Source: Antedon mediterranea
Taxonomy: Eukaryota; Animalia; Echinodermata
Reading direction: 5' to 3'
Assembly: GCF_964355755.1 (NCBI RefSeq)
Contig: NC_092670.1
Coordinates: 10,216,795-10,280,794 of the forward strand
Length of the DNA: 64,000 bases
This document shows positions 1-14,300 of this stretch, one piece after another. The stretch's first letter is position 1, and the number at the start of each line of letters is the position of its first letter. A model generated the notes under the pieces. That model worked only from the letters and a program-made list of their open reading frames with translations. It made no database searches and had not been told where the DNA came from. The position numbers and the translations under genes were made by a program.

Positions 1-117
1 TACTGTAATTGATGACTAAATAAATGTGGAATAAATGAAATGAAATGAAAGCGTGGTTCCCACTAGCGACGCAACCGACGCAGCGTAACTAATGCCCTTT
101 CAATAATTGTGTTTTCC

Positions 118-545
118 TCCTAACCAGCTGGTTTATCCTGAAATATTTCAAAGTAAGTTGAAATCGTCTTTGTGCTGATTTCTTAACTTACTATTATTAA
201 TTTCAATAACCTGGATACTAAACAAGTCTGCAGTCAATACAGAATTTAATCAATGTCACCACTTTAATCAATAAGTTGTTCAATATTCCAATATTGAATC
301 ACCTCGATTCTTTGAATCTTCTTTTTTTCTTTCTATGAAATTTCATATATATGTATATTTCTATTACAGATTGCATATATAATATATATGATGAAGATGT
401 TTAATAAAATTAACAAATAAATTATTATTGTCCTATATTTAATTACTACTTTCAATATCTTTTTATGACTGTTTATACAAAACAGCTTACGATTCTCAAG
501 CAACAATACTTTCAAGAAAAGAATCATTATTTTCAAAATTGAAGG
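118..545 (+). pseudogene. Degraded second copy of the GTDC1 3' exons; part of it repeated at about 2030-2340
   Basis: 118-159 (tcctaaccagctggtttatcctgaaatatttcaaagtaagtt) matches 27953-27994. About 455-545 and 2212-2340 match deleted versions of 28440-28680. Confidence 0.65.
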
Positions 546-758
546 GAAAATCTTATAAAACTAGAAAGCCACTTCGAGAGTGCATACGTATCTCCGCCTA
601 CTGTAAAATTCTCCTACATAAGATTTCTCCGGGGATATATTTGTGTCTGTCTTAATGCTGTTTGTGATTGAGGCTAATTTCACAAGCATGTGTATGCGAG
701 TTTGGTGTAATGGTTATGTAACAAGCCTTTCAATTAACAATAGCTTCAGTTAACATAT

Positions 759-1305
759 TCCCCTTTTACACCAAAACTCCGGAGTGATTTCCGGAAACAA
801 CCCGGGGTTTATGACCGTTCAAAACGTCGAGAAACTCCGGATATACCCGTTCACACCAACCTAGCAACACCGGGGTTAATAAAATAAAATTGTAAATATC
901 GCCCTCTATTTATTTGTGTATATAGCGACGATCATTAGAATCATTTTAATTGACAATATTTTTAATTTAATAATTATTTTCAAAAGTCTCAGAAGTCATA
1001 TAATGTTTTACTGTTACTACTTATTATTTTCTAGACCCGCTATATATTTTTTACAAATATTTAAAGTATTTTGAAATAATACTAATACAATGAGTGATCG
1101 TGTGAGGATGACCTAAAAACTCTGGAGTTTGATGTTGATACCTTTCACACCAAAACACCGGGGTGTCCCCGCAGTTAGCTCTCCGGAGATTGATCAGCTG
1201 TTCAAACCCGCAGTTTTAAACTCCGGAGTTGCTTGATTTTACCTTTCACACCGAGGCGTCAACTCCGGAGTCTCTCCGGAGTTTTGCTTTTGGTGTGAAA
1301 GGGAT
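759..1305. mobile_element. MITE (Harbinger-like)
   Basis: TIR ccctttt/cacaccaaaa...ttttggtgtgaaaggg; many internal actccggag palindromes and cctttcacacc repeats. Confidence 0.7.
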
Positions 1306-3249
1306 ATAACAATAGAGCAGCAACGCGAAAATCACACGAGTGAATTTGAAAAGAAATAGGTTTTTTAAACTAATCGCATCAAAAAAGGTGCACATTAAAT
1401 CAAAAGATTATAAATCACAAATTATAATTCTTGCCTCTTGTACAAAAATGAAGTAGTTCTCACGAAAATGCAATTTCAGTTTACTTGTTACTTTAAGACT
1501 GCTCGCCGGCTTTTGAAAAATTCTGTCCTATCTTTTAACACTAGCAGTGTTTGAAAAGTCTGAAAAGTATATTAAAAAGTGGTCCAGAATTGGGACCATG
1601 GTCCCAAATGATCACAAAATGTAATGGAATGGTCCTTGACCACATATCTATCTGTATATTTATTTTGGTAAATATCTGGTAATTACTTTTTGAGTAATCC
1701 TGCTAACAAACAAACACACGCGACGGATTACATATACCTCCTTGGCGGAGGTAAACTAGATTTGAGCTTGTCACTTAGTTAAGTTAAAACAACAGCAACA
1801 ACAACAATCATGTTAACGTGTGTGCACGTTTGTGTTTGTGTGAATAACCTAAGCGACAGGTTCAACTCAAGTTAGCGTTAAGTAATGGAATGCAACGCAA
1901 GAACGTAAGCGCAATACAAGCAGTTGACCAATTAACAAGAGATAGTTCGAATAATCCATTGCTTGCGTTGCATTATACATTTGCGTAGTTTGTATTTATT
2001 TTCATTTTGACAATAATATTTCACCACTGCAATCAATAAGTTGTTCAATATTCAATATTCGACTCTTTAAAATCTCTTTTAGATCATAAGACATGAGATA
2101 ACTTAATAACATAATGTGATTTCCAAGAAGTTTCATATGTATATTTCTAATACAGACTGCATATTTATAATATATATGATGAAGATGTGTAACAAATACA
2201 TTACTCTTTCAATCTCTTTTGATGATTGTTTACAGAACAAAAACAGCTACAACGATTTTCAAGCAACAATATTTAAAATGTCTTTCAAGTCAAGAATCAT
2301 AATGGTATCACACTTTTCAAGATTGGAGGGTAAATCATTAGGGCGCAAATCCTATTAGGACGTTAGCGCAACGGATTATTCGAACTGTCGCTTGTCATTG
2401 GTCAACTCACGTTGTGTTTGCGCTTACGTCATTGCGTTGCGTCTTAGTTGGAACCATGCTTTAGGCTCAATGCTGACTAGATTTGAACTTCCGCGCAAAC
2501 ATAACGTGCACGTTAAAAATATGAACGCAGAGAAAATTGATTATACCATCCCTTGACCATTAATAAATATATTAAACGTGTTGAATTGTGTCTAGTCTGT
2601 GTCATATAGTATAAACAATACTACTACATTGTAGCATAGGTGAAATTAGGAACGCAGTTAAATTCAAATTTTTTTAATGATGTCATCAAAATTAAACATG
2701 AATATAACAATTTTGGAAGATAATTATCTGGAGATCGAAGAAATTCGGGAACATAGAAGCGAGATGTGCGCTCTTTAGAATGTGATGAATTATAACGATA
2801 AAGATGAAAATCCCTCTTTTTAAATTCAGCTCAACCATATATGATGACGTCATACCGATAGGCAGCAAAATCATTTTATACATGAATTCGTATCTATTTC
2901 AATAGCATCTCTATTAATGATTTCCAAAATAATGTTGCATTTGTTGATTGTGCAAGGTAAAATTACAATGTCATGTATTCAAATAGTATCCTAATAATGC
3001 AAGAAGTTTCGTTAGGTAAAAACAAACAGTACATTTTAGATTTAAAAGATGGCGGATTTTGTTGTGAATAAAATGAAGATGTTTTTGTTTTGAACAATTT
3101 TATTTCATTCTAATAAACATTTATTTCCTTCCTTTTTTCTTTTTTTTAGAATCATGACGATATCATGTAAAAAAAGTTGAATGGATTATTGATTATGGAT
3201 TGACGTGCGGCCGTCATACGAACATAGGTTGCGGGTAAAATTACCCACA

Positions 3250-3730
3250 AAACTGGCGATTTCAAATGTACGTACCACCTATAATACATTGTCGTTTACA
3301 GAAACGAATAAATGATGATTTATGTAGTCAACTAAAATTAATACCATGGGAATTACTCCCGAAATAGAAACCTGTCACAAAATGAGTCCAAATGTTTGAT
3401 TTGGACTCATTTAAACAAACCCAATTTGTGTTTTGTATGTAACATTATGGTTGAACGATGGGTACAAAGAGGAACATTTTTAAAATAAATTCTTTACACT
3501 CAGTAACGAAATATTTGTTCATGTTTTATAGGCCTATAAAAATTATATCATTAAATACAGTAGAACATTTGCGATTTAATACTTGAAGGATGGGTACAAA
3601 GAGAAACAATTTTTACATATACTCTTTATTCACTCAGTAACGAAACATTATGTTCATGTTTTATAGGCATATAAATATTACACCACTAAATACAGTAGAA
3701 CATTTGTGAATTAATACTTTGTTAAAATCA
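3250..3730 (-). mobile_element. Inverted fragment of the 17085 Helitron family
   Basis: Reverse complement of about 18000-18390 (e.g. aactggcgatttcaaatgtacgtac; ttggactcatttaaacaaacccaatt). Confidence 0.7.
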
Positions 3731-5036
3731 GGGTTAAAACCCCACCATTCCTTTTACCGCAACTCCCCCCTCCCCCTTCTGACTTTGGGAATTTTTTTAA
3801 TGTAGTTTAAAACCTTCACAGACAATTGCAGTCATTTTGATAGCCATGTATGGTTACGTGCAGAAACAGAAATTTGTATAACGAACAGAAAAATACAAAA
3901 AGTGGAAAAAAGGTTGGGAATTTTGACCCATAACTTGTATTCAAGATGGCGGATGATGTTCAATACAGTTTAGAACCTTCCTGTACCATTATGGTAATTT
4001 TGATACCCCATATGTGTACAGTAACAACAATGTGTATAACTAACATACAAACATCAAAGTACAAGCAGATTCATAAGTTAAATTCATACAAAAAGAATTG
4101 ATCAAATTTTTGTTTTTTCTGAAAGTGATTTTTGACGCTAATACATTCAAAGTTGAATTTTGTAGTTGTTTATTTGCTTTTTAATATTTATATACTTTTA
4201 CCTTTACCTTGGAAAATACATTAGCATTCATCTTGTGTTTCCTTATGTCACTAATTTCTTAGATCAAAACCAATATAATAAGATATATAATATGTAGGCC
4301 TACATTTATTGTAAGTTTTTATTTAATTTTTAATCATTTCAAAACAAGATTCAATTTAAAAACTATTGCAAATATCCATTGAAAATACTCCTAAAATTAG
4401 ATTAAGATTTATGATTAGATATCAATTTGATTTTATTAATTAAAAACAACAATAATAATAATGTTACTATTATGCATTTATTAGCATAGTTTTAAAATAT
4501 TAATTAAATTCTTAATAAAATTAATAATTTTTTTACATTATATTATTTGGTATAATATTTAAAAATGATTAATAACAACAAATTCATTGTTACTATATTA
4601 TATACTTTAAAATTCAAAATAAAAAATTCCATATAATAAATTTTAAACAAATCACAGTTGATATGACATTGACAATATATTGGTTATTAATGTTATAACA
4701 TTTGGATTATTATAATAAAATAATTATTTAATGATAAGGCAAAATGATATTTAAAAGAAACAAAGAAGAATCTAAATTATTCAATAATTACAGATTCTGA
4801 TTTGTTATGGTGCTCTTTTAACCATCATCCCTTCAAAAGCATTCCAGTTGATGCCTTTAGAATCATGTGTACCTGGTGTAAGGTAAAGCCTGTTCAGGTC
4901 TGAATCATGACAGCTTTTGTACCACCAACCACATTTGTCTAAGGCCTCTATCAAAAGTATACAAGTTGATGCCAGTGTAATCAGCTGTACCTGGTGTAAG
5001 GTAAAGCCTGTTCAGGTCTGAAACATGAACATTCTC

Positions 5037-5287
5037 TTATGGTGCTCTTTTAACCATCATCACTGTCTTCTTGAGACTGTTGTAATTACTATGGAAATGA
5101 TACCAGCTGGTGCTTGTCACATCATTTGTACCTGGTGTAAGGTAAAGGCCATTCAGGTTTGAATGATTACAGGCATTGTGCCACCAAGCACCTTTGTATA
5201 GCTCAGCACAGTTACTACGTCTATTCTTATCATTGTCTCTATCATACGTTGTAAATTGGTGACCATTGCTGTATTCCAAAGAATCAC
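5037..5287 (-). CDS. FReD paralog 1, exon 4 (P-subdomain, last exon)
   Basis: tttag|GT GAT TCT completes a Gly codon with exon 3. Reads GDSLEYSNGHQFTTYDRDND..NCA..GAWWHNACNHSNLNG..MMVKRAP*. Confidence 0.95.
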
Positions 5288-5976
5288 CTAAACAAACAAG
5301 ATAATATTAGATCATCTTTAGTTTACTTCATAAAATCTTAAATTAACATTCATTTTAAAATATTTGTTTTTCTTTGTGTTATAAAATAAAAGATATTTGA
5401 TATACAAAAAGGGAAAATAATAATATACAGTATACCCTAAAATTCGTAATATATTTTATAATTGATTTCATTTATCTGTAAATTGTATGCCATAAATTAA
5501 ATCATAGCACAATTATATAAATAGTTTTTTTTATATGTACTGTATATATATTTTTTATTAACTATTCTTATATCATAGTTGCTTTATTTTAATATTTTAT
5601 ATATTTTGTTTTGTCATAGTTAATTTTACTTTAAAAGCAATGCATTTAATAATGAAGAAGAAAGAAGAAAACACAAGTTATATGAAACTGTACTAGATTC
5701 ACACTATGATTTTTAATTTCAATTTCTTTAACTTTATTTTGTGTACTTTTAAATCAGAGTGGTCATTATTTGTTATAACTGGCTCCTTTTTGAGGGACCA
5801 CTGTCTAAAAAATAACTTTAATGTGCGAGTGGGCTATGTTATTGTAAGGTACAATGAGGATTTTTACAACAAAAATTATTTTGGGTAGAGAATTCTATAA
5901 TTCCGTAGTTACTGGCAGTAATTATATTTTTTTATATCTAACCTGTTTGTGCAATTATTTAGCAAGCTTGTTTGGA

Positions 5977-6590
5977 TGCCTACTACATTAATCATACACA
6001 TACTGTTGCATTGACTGCCTCATAAATGCCTACTACATTAATCATACACATACTGTTGCATTGACTGCCTCATAAATGCCTACTACATTAATCATACACA
6101 TACTGTTGCATTGACTGCCTCATAAATGCCTACTACATTAATCATACACATACTGTTGCATTGACTGCCTCATAATTGCCTACTACATTAATCATACACA
6201 TGCTGTTGCATTGACTGCCTCATAAATGCCTACTACATTAATCATACACATACTGTTGCATTGACTGCCTCATAAATGCCTACTACATTAATCATACACA
6301 TACTGTTGCATTGACTGCCTCATAAATGCCTACTACATTAATCATACACATACTGTTGCATTGACTGCCTCATAAATACCTACTACATTAATCATACACA
6401 TACTGTTGCATTGACTGCCTCATAATTGCCTACTACATTAATCATACACATACTGTTGCATTGACTGCCTCATAAATGCCTACTACATTAATCATACACA
6501 TACTGTTGCATTGACTGCCTCATAAATGCCTACTACATTAATCATACACATACTGTTGCATTGACTGCCTCATAAATGCCTACTACATTA
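5977..6590. repeat. 50-bp minisatellite, about 12 copies, in paralog 1 intron 3
   Basis: Unit tgcctactacattaatcatacacatactgttgcattgactgcctcataaa, head-to-tail with no spacers. Confidence 0.97.
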
Positions 6591-9500
6591 AAACAAAAAT
6601 CAGTAAATGTAGTTACTGCAGTAAATGCAGTATAATAATTTTAACATGATCTATTGATAAGATAAGTTGTTGTACTGTGGGTATGTGAACATTTTAATAG
6701 ATTCGTTTCAGGCCTGTAAGAAGGAATTGCGAAGTGGGAGGTCCATCCAAAAATGTACTTTATAGACAGTTTACATTCAAGGTGATCACCTTTGGGCTTT
6801 ACATTATATTTGAGAAGCGACATCAATTGATAATCAAAAAGTATCAAATGATTATTATTTGTTGTTTAAACTTTTAAATATTGTGGTCTAATTATGACAT
6901 GACTGGTGAAAACATGGGGCTATATGTCACAAAGGCGTAGAATTTTTTTGCATGAGATTCACTTCAATATCATTATTAGAATTGTTTTGTTCCATTTTCA
7001 GATGTTTTTAGAAGCTTTTCTTTTAATGTTTGTCCAATTTCTTTAAGCTTTAGTATGTTGCGTATACCGTTATTTTTAGTCCTACTGTATGGGCCTTGGC
7101 TATGATCCCGGATGTTTATAATATGGTGGCTTGTCAAGAAAAGCGGTCATCTATTTGACCTTTGTAATACAAAAAAATCAATATTTTAAAAAATTAATTT
7201 AAACGATCATATAAGATCTGAAATATCTAAAGGTAACTTTACAGGTTTGATGGTCCTTGACATACAAAAGGCCTTTGATACAGTCAACCATCAGATATTA
7301 TTGCAAAAACTGGTTCATATGGGCATTGATAAAGAAGAAAGATTGCAAACAAATGACATCAGTAAATGGCGTTCAGTCCCAACCATGTACTATATCTAGC
7401 GGAGTTCCCCAAGGTAGCATTTTAGGACCTCTTTTTTATGTTATATGCTGATGATACAATATTGAAGTGCAAATCTGGCATCATGTAACAACTGGCTTAT
7501 ACTGTAAACAACAAACTATCATTACATCTTGTTGATAAAACTGAGTCAATATTGTTTGGTACTAAAAGAAAACTTAAGAATGTTCTTGATTTTGCTGTTA
7601 TTTTTAAAACTAAGTTGATATGTAAGAAGAATATGATCTCATATCTTGGTTGTTTGCTTGATGAAGACTTGTCTGGAGAATCTATGGTTCAAAAATTTCT
7701 TGGTAAGAATAATTCAGGACTTAAATTTTTGTATAGACATTCTGCATGTCTAAATTTCTTTTCTCGCAACATTCTATGCTCTGCACTCATTACCTGTCAC
7801 TTTGATTATGCATGTTGCTCCTGGTTTCCAGCTGTTTCTAAAAAACTTAAACAAAGACTTCAAACCAGTCAAAATAAAGTTGCTAAGTCTATAAAATAAA
7901 TATATAAATAATCGAGCACATATTGGTAAAGACGAACTGAACCAAATCGGTCAATTATTCTTAGAGGATAGAATTTGCCAACTCAAACTAAATCATGTTC
8001 ATAAGATTTTTTATGGAAAATCTGTACCTTATTTGACTGAAAAGTTTAAAAGAGTTTCATCTAACCACCTTTATAGGACTAGAAGTAGTGTCAATGGTTT
8101 CAGTTCCTAAATCTGATAGTCAAATATCTCAAACTTTTTATTATACAGGCAAAAAATATCAACAAACCGTTTCAGATTTTCACCAACTGTAAGTTAATCT
8201 CTGAGAAAATTCTTTCCGATTTTTTCACACTCGATCCCAGGCCAATAATCGAACGGGCCCACCGAGATGGTAAAAGTATGAACGGTAAGCCAAGGCATAT
8301 CATTGCCCGTTTTCTCTCATACGCTTCTAAGATTGAAGTTATGAAACAACGAAGTTCTGCGCTAGATAGCCAGAAATTTTATACCATAGATGATCTTACT
8401 GCTGCCGATCTACTGGAAAAAAAGAAATGGAGATCACAAGTAAAAGAGGGTACCAAGCTTCGTTTTACGGCTGGAAAATGGCGAACTTCAACTGGCATTC
8501 CGGTAAACTTTTCAAAATTCCATTGAAATAGTTCCGGTAAACTTTTCGAAATTCCATTGCCATACCAGTGATCGGAATGTTGTTGTAAACACTTGGACTG
8601 ACTAAGAATCTTTTATCCATTATTTTCCTTACATCTGCATACTTTGCTTAATTTGTACAAGCCACTTGATTGATTTTACATAATAATTTTACAATAGCGT
8701 TTTCAGGAATCTGTTCTCACATAATTGCATTGTCATAAGATGTTTAAATCACTTAAAACCATTTATTCACCTTTGTTTTATTGTTACCCCCCAATTCTTA
8801 ACTTGTTTCTTTATATTTACGTTCTTGTACTTTTCTGTTTTTACGTAACATTACCAGGCATCTTTTATTACATACTATTGAATAAACTGATCACATTATG
8901 TACCGCTAAATATTCTCATGGACCCTTTTGACAATATAGATGCATTTCCATTTAATCACATTATTGATAATGATGAATTCTTGCATGTCATTCACTATTA
9001 CTTTTGTGACGATAGAATTCTTTAATTTTTAACCCTTTTGATATTAATATTAAAGATGTTATTAATGACAACGATGCCCAATTATTTTCCTAAATTATTG
9101 AATCTTGTGCCTATGAATATATCGATAGTCTTAACAACAAATATTCAACACAAGATTATTCATTTAGTATCTTTCACTTAAACGCACGCAGTCTTGTTAA
9201 ACATTTTAACGATATCAATGTATGCGTAGGTGCTATTAACCATGAATTCTCAGCACTATGCTTCACCGAAACTTTTTTAAATCATAATACGCCTTTTTCG
9301 TTTTATAATATTCCCAATTATAACCTCTTGCATGTTCCACGAGCTGATAGACCAGGAGGAGGCGTTGCCATTTACCTACACCAGAGATTTAAATATATTC
9401 TTCGCCATGATTTATCATTACTAATGGTTCGGAATCTCTTTTCATTGAAATCGATGCACAACCCAAAAACGTAATCCTTGGAGTAGTATATCGTTTGCCT

Positions 9501-11376
9501 GAATTATCCATTAACACATTTAATAAAGATATCTCTAATTTAATTGACACCATTAATAATGAGAAAAAAACAGCATATATTTCAGGAGACTTTAATATTA
9601 ACTTGTTAAATTCCAAAACACATAAAGGTACTTCTGATTTTGTTAATACTTTATTTCAATCGAATTATTATCCTCTTATTACTAGGCCAACTAGAATTAC
9701 GCGTAATTCTGCAACTCTAATCGACAATATTTTTTGTAATAATCTATACGATAACATTTCTTCCGGAATTCTATATTCGGACATCTCAGATCACTTTCCT
9801 GTTTTCTTGTTAATACATAAATCAGAACCTCTCCAACACCTGAAACCTAAATCAAAATATATATACATAAAAAAAGTCAATGATATTTCAATTTCTGCCT
9901 TAAGTAATGATTTGTCAAATGTTGACTGGACTAGTATTTATAACTCCAATGAACCCAATGAGGCATACGCTTTATTCAACGACATATTTAGTACATTATA
10001 TAATAACAACATTAAAACCACTCGTTCCAGACGCAATTTTCGAAAAGAAAAAAAACCTTGGATAACTAAATGCTTAATTAAATCTATCCACAAAAAAAAC
10101 AAATTATATAAAACATTTCTTATATCTAAAAAGCAAAAGGACAAAGATAAATATGTTAAATATCGAAATGTACTTACTAAAATCCTTCGTACTGCCCAAA
10201 AGAATTACTTCACCTGGCAAACAATAAATGGAGTCCTTGGCAAGAAATCTCGTAAACCGTTTCCTTCTCACTTTATTAATAATGACATTGAATTAAATAA
10301 TCCTCAACAAATTGCAACTGAATTCAATAATTATTTTACTAGTATAGGACCAAATTTAGTTAACAAAATACATGTGTCGGATAATGATAATTATACTTCT
10401 ACCCTACCTCGTCCATGTGTGCACTCTCTCTTTCTTAGTCCTGTAACCGAACATGAAGTTGTCAGTATAATACTTTCCCTCAAAGATAATAAATCTCCTG
10501 GGTTTGATGGGTTTTCCAATAAAATTATTAAAAGTGTTTCTAATTTTATATGCAAACCCTTAACTCACATTTTTAATACTTCTTTTCAAACCGGTATTTT
10601 TCCTGATTCTTTTAAAATAGCTAAAGTCATCCCTATCTACAAGAAAGAAGATCCTCATCATTTCAATAACTACAGACCAATCTCCCTACTTCCTTGTTTC
10701 TCAAAATTAATTGAAAAAATAATGCATAATCGAATTTCTTCCTTTTTAACTAAACATAACATTTTATTTAAAGGCCAATATGGTTTCAGGAAAAAGTATT
10801 CTACAGATCTTGCTTTATTAGATATTTTTGACAAAATTACAATTGCCCTGAGTAAAAATGAGTTTTCTGTTGGCATTTTCCTTGATTTATCTGAGGCCTT
10901 CGATACTATTAACCACGATATTTTAATTCATAAACTTTCAAATTACGGTATAAGAGGCCTTCCTTTAAAACTAATTAAAAGCTACCTTTTCAATCGTGTT
11001 CAGTTTACTTCCTTAAATAATTTTAACTCTTCCTATTCCCGTTTAACCTGTGGTGTTCCCCAAGGATCGATTCTTGGACCACTCTTATTCCTGATTTTTG
11101 TTAACGATATACCAAACAGCTCTAAATTACTAAATTTTATCTTATTTGCTTTTTTCTCTCATCCTAAATTAAATACCTTGTTTAAAATTGTCAATGATGA
11201 GTTACTTAAAGTTTCAAATTGGCTCAAACACAATAAATTAACTCTTAATACATTCAAAACGAACTATATAATATTTTCTAAACGTAAAATTTCAAATTCT
11301 TTAAATGAACAAATATACATTGATAATAAAATGATCAAACGAGTTAATGAAACACAATTTTTAGGAGTAACCATAG

Positions 11377-14300
11377 TAGACAGGTTCCATTTCTCAAAAA
11401 ACGGCCTAGAAAACGAATCAAGAAGCATTTTTGGGTAGAAGCTGGGATCCACTTGATTTAGGATATTTCGACCTCGCTGATTACGAATATGGCGGATCCC
11501 AAGCGAAATTCGGCCATCTAAGCCCTTAGTTTGCATAATTAAAAATGGCGGCCATTTTTTATAATTACCCTATATCTCGAGAACCACTAGTCACAGATAA
11601 TTAATTTTGGTGTCAAAATGTTTTAAATATATGTTTTTATATTCACTTTAATGACACTTTTTCTCAAAAAATTGATGCAAGTCGTATTTCTGACATTTTG
11701 ACCTTTGACCTTGATTTATCGTATCTCAGTAACCAATAATCGGAGAGACACGAAATAGGGCTCAAATTGTTCAGAAACTATACATTCATATTTATTATAA
11801 TGAAATGTTTTTTACAAAAAATGGCCGATTCTACAACTATTGACCTTTGAACTATTAGTCAAATATAATAATATAATAATAATATAACTTTGAAAATTGT
11901 GGTCTTATGAATTTTTTTTTTTTTTAAATTGTTTAAAACATGTGTGTTTCTATCCAGTCTAATGGAATATTTTGTACAAGAATGGCCGATAGTATGGTTA
12001 TTGACCTTTTAACTACAGCATAGGCCTACTGTATACTAAATATAATATAATTGCATAACTATGAAATTATTTATACACAATAATAATTAGTAAAATTATA
12101 AAATTCACTGCCATCAAATATGATGTGTTATGATTTATATAGATTTAAAAAGGAATTTGAATACGCAAGTTACATTTTTTGAAATTTGAAATTTGAAATT
12201 ACCTGCCATCAATATGATGGAGTGTGCTTATAGATTTTCTAAAATGTGAACATGTCAGCTACATTTGGAAATTACCTGCCATCAATATGATGGATTATGA
12301 TTATAGATTTAAATAAGAATTTGAACACGTAAGCTACATTAGAAAATTACCTGCCATCAATATGATGGATTATGATTATAGATTTAAAAAAGAATTTGAA
12401 CACGTCAGCTACATTTGGAAATTTGGAAATTACCTGCCATCAATATGATGGATTATGATTGTATAGTACCTGCCATCAATATGATGGATTATGATTATAG
12501 AATTAAAAAAGAATTTGAACACGTCAGCTACATTTGGAAATTGGGAAATTACCTGCCATCAATATGATGGATTATGATTATAGATTTTAAAAAGAATTTG
12601 AACACGTAAGCTACATTTGAAAATTACCTGCCATCAATATGATGGATTATGATTATAGATTTAAAAAAGAATTTGAACACACGCGTCAGCTACATTTGGA
12701 AATTTGGAAATTACCTGCCATCAATATGATGGATTATGATTGTATAGTACCTGCCATCAATATGATGGATTATGATTATAGATTTAAAAAAGAATTTGAA
12801 CACGTAAGCTACATTTGAAAATTACTTGCCATCAATATGATGGATTATGATTGTATAGATTTAAAAGAAAATGTGAACACGTAAGCTACATTTGGAATGA
12901 ACATGTTAAGGGCATCAGTTGAGATCATTCATGCAAAGGTTTCCGTCATCTTTAGCGTTGTTACAGCGGCATAAAGCTGTACATGGTAGTTTTGACTTCT
13001 TGCACCTACATTTATTGGTTATGTATCGTGTCTTGCATCCACAATAAATCATCTCTAACGAAGCAGTAGGAATAGCTTCATTTTTCAGAAGCACTGGTTG
13101 AAGTTTACCATTAGATAGCTCCCAACCAAAATATGTTGGTGATGGCAAATGCTGGATTGGCGATACAGCTTTTTTCCATACGAGTGCTTGGAAGTGTGCT
13201 CTTTTTATATGTTGGTGCACTGCATCGCTTGTTGGAGGTAATGCCTTTTTTTTTAAAGCCTAACTTTATTGGTACTTTTAACTTGACCAACACCGTAAAC
13301 GTAGCAAATGAATCTTTCCGATTTCATAATAACTTGGTCACTGATAGGTTTTCTCTCAGGTCTTTAATTAGTTCATACCTTTTTTTAATACTTCCCATGC
13401 CGATGCCTTTGAGTGACCACTTGGATATGAGCAGTGAAGAGTTAAATTACTGTATGTATGTATTAATATCTTCCCTGGATATGAGGTAGTATCGCATCCA
13501 CTAATAGTGTGGAATGGAATCAGTGGTTTTGCAGAACCCTCGGGCAAGGCTTGAAAAATGTCTTTTATAGATACTTTTTTTTGGATGTCCCTGTCATCAT
13601 CCATTTGGATACCATGCTTTGGTAGCGAGACACTAGAATCACTAGTACGTACGTCTGTATCCCTAGAAGCAACTACAACTGTGTCGTATCGGACATTGGC
13701 AGCATGACAAGTCTCGTGTCCTATTCTTCATGGTCTGACCAGAGACAACGTATTCGTGTACAATTTTGATGATTTAACAACTGATTCTTTCATAAATCCA
13801 CCAGCTGTGACAATTTCTTTGTCTACAGGAGCTTGACGAATCAACTCCTCTGATAGAAATCGTGTCAGATCTGCATTATTATCTTGTAATGCCAACAAGT
13901 TTGACCAGCAATTTGGCAGCGGTATTTCACCACTTTCTATAATTCGACGAATTGGTCTCTGTGTTTTGGTTCATCTTTGTCTGGTGGTGTCCTTTATCGA
14001 CAGTTTTAAGTTAGGCATGCCATGTTAAAAAAAACAAAAAAACAGAGGCATTATCTCCAACAAGCGATGCAGTGCACCAGCATATAAAAAGAGCACACTT
14101 CCAAGCACTCGTATTGAAAAAAGCTGTATCGCCAATCCAGCATTTGCCATCACCAACATATTTTGGTTGGGAGCTATCTAATGGTAAACTTTAACCAGTG
14201 CTTCTGAAAAATGGAGCTATTCCTACTGCTTCGTTAGAGATGATTTATTGTTGATGCAAGACACGATGCATAACCATATAGATGTAGGTGCAAAAAGTCA

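Noticed and set aside
50-2461. Single large TIR element spanning 50-2461 (agcgtggttcccactag / tagttggaaccatgct)
   Set aside because: The ends look like TIRs of one MITE family, but no clear TSD is present and a third internal fragment (1890-1970) suggests separate broken copies.
9495-11438. 647-aa ORF as an active reverse transcriptase
   Set aside because: The catalytic DD is deleted, the ORF is frameshifted from its endonuclease start, and its last 20 or so codons come from the inserted Academ end.
12915-13220. Host tesmin/CXC-like gene
   Set aside because: It lies between transposon termini with a TSD, is frameshifted from upstream XPG-like fragments, and is mirrored in the other arm.
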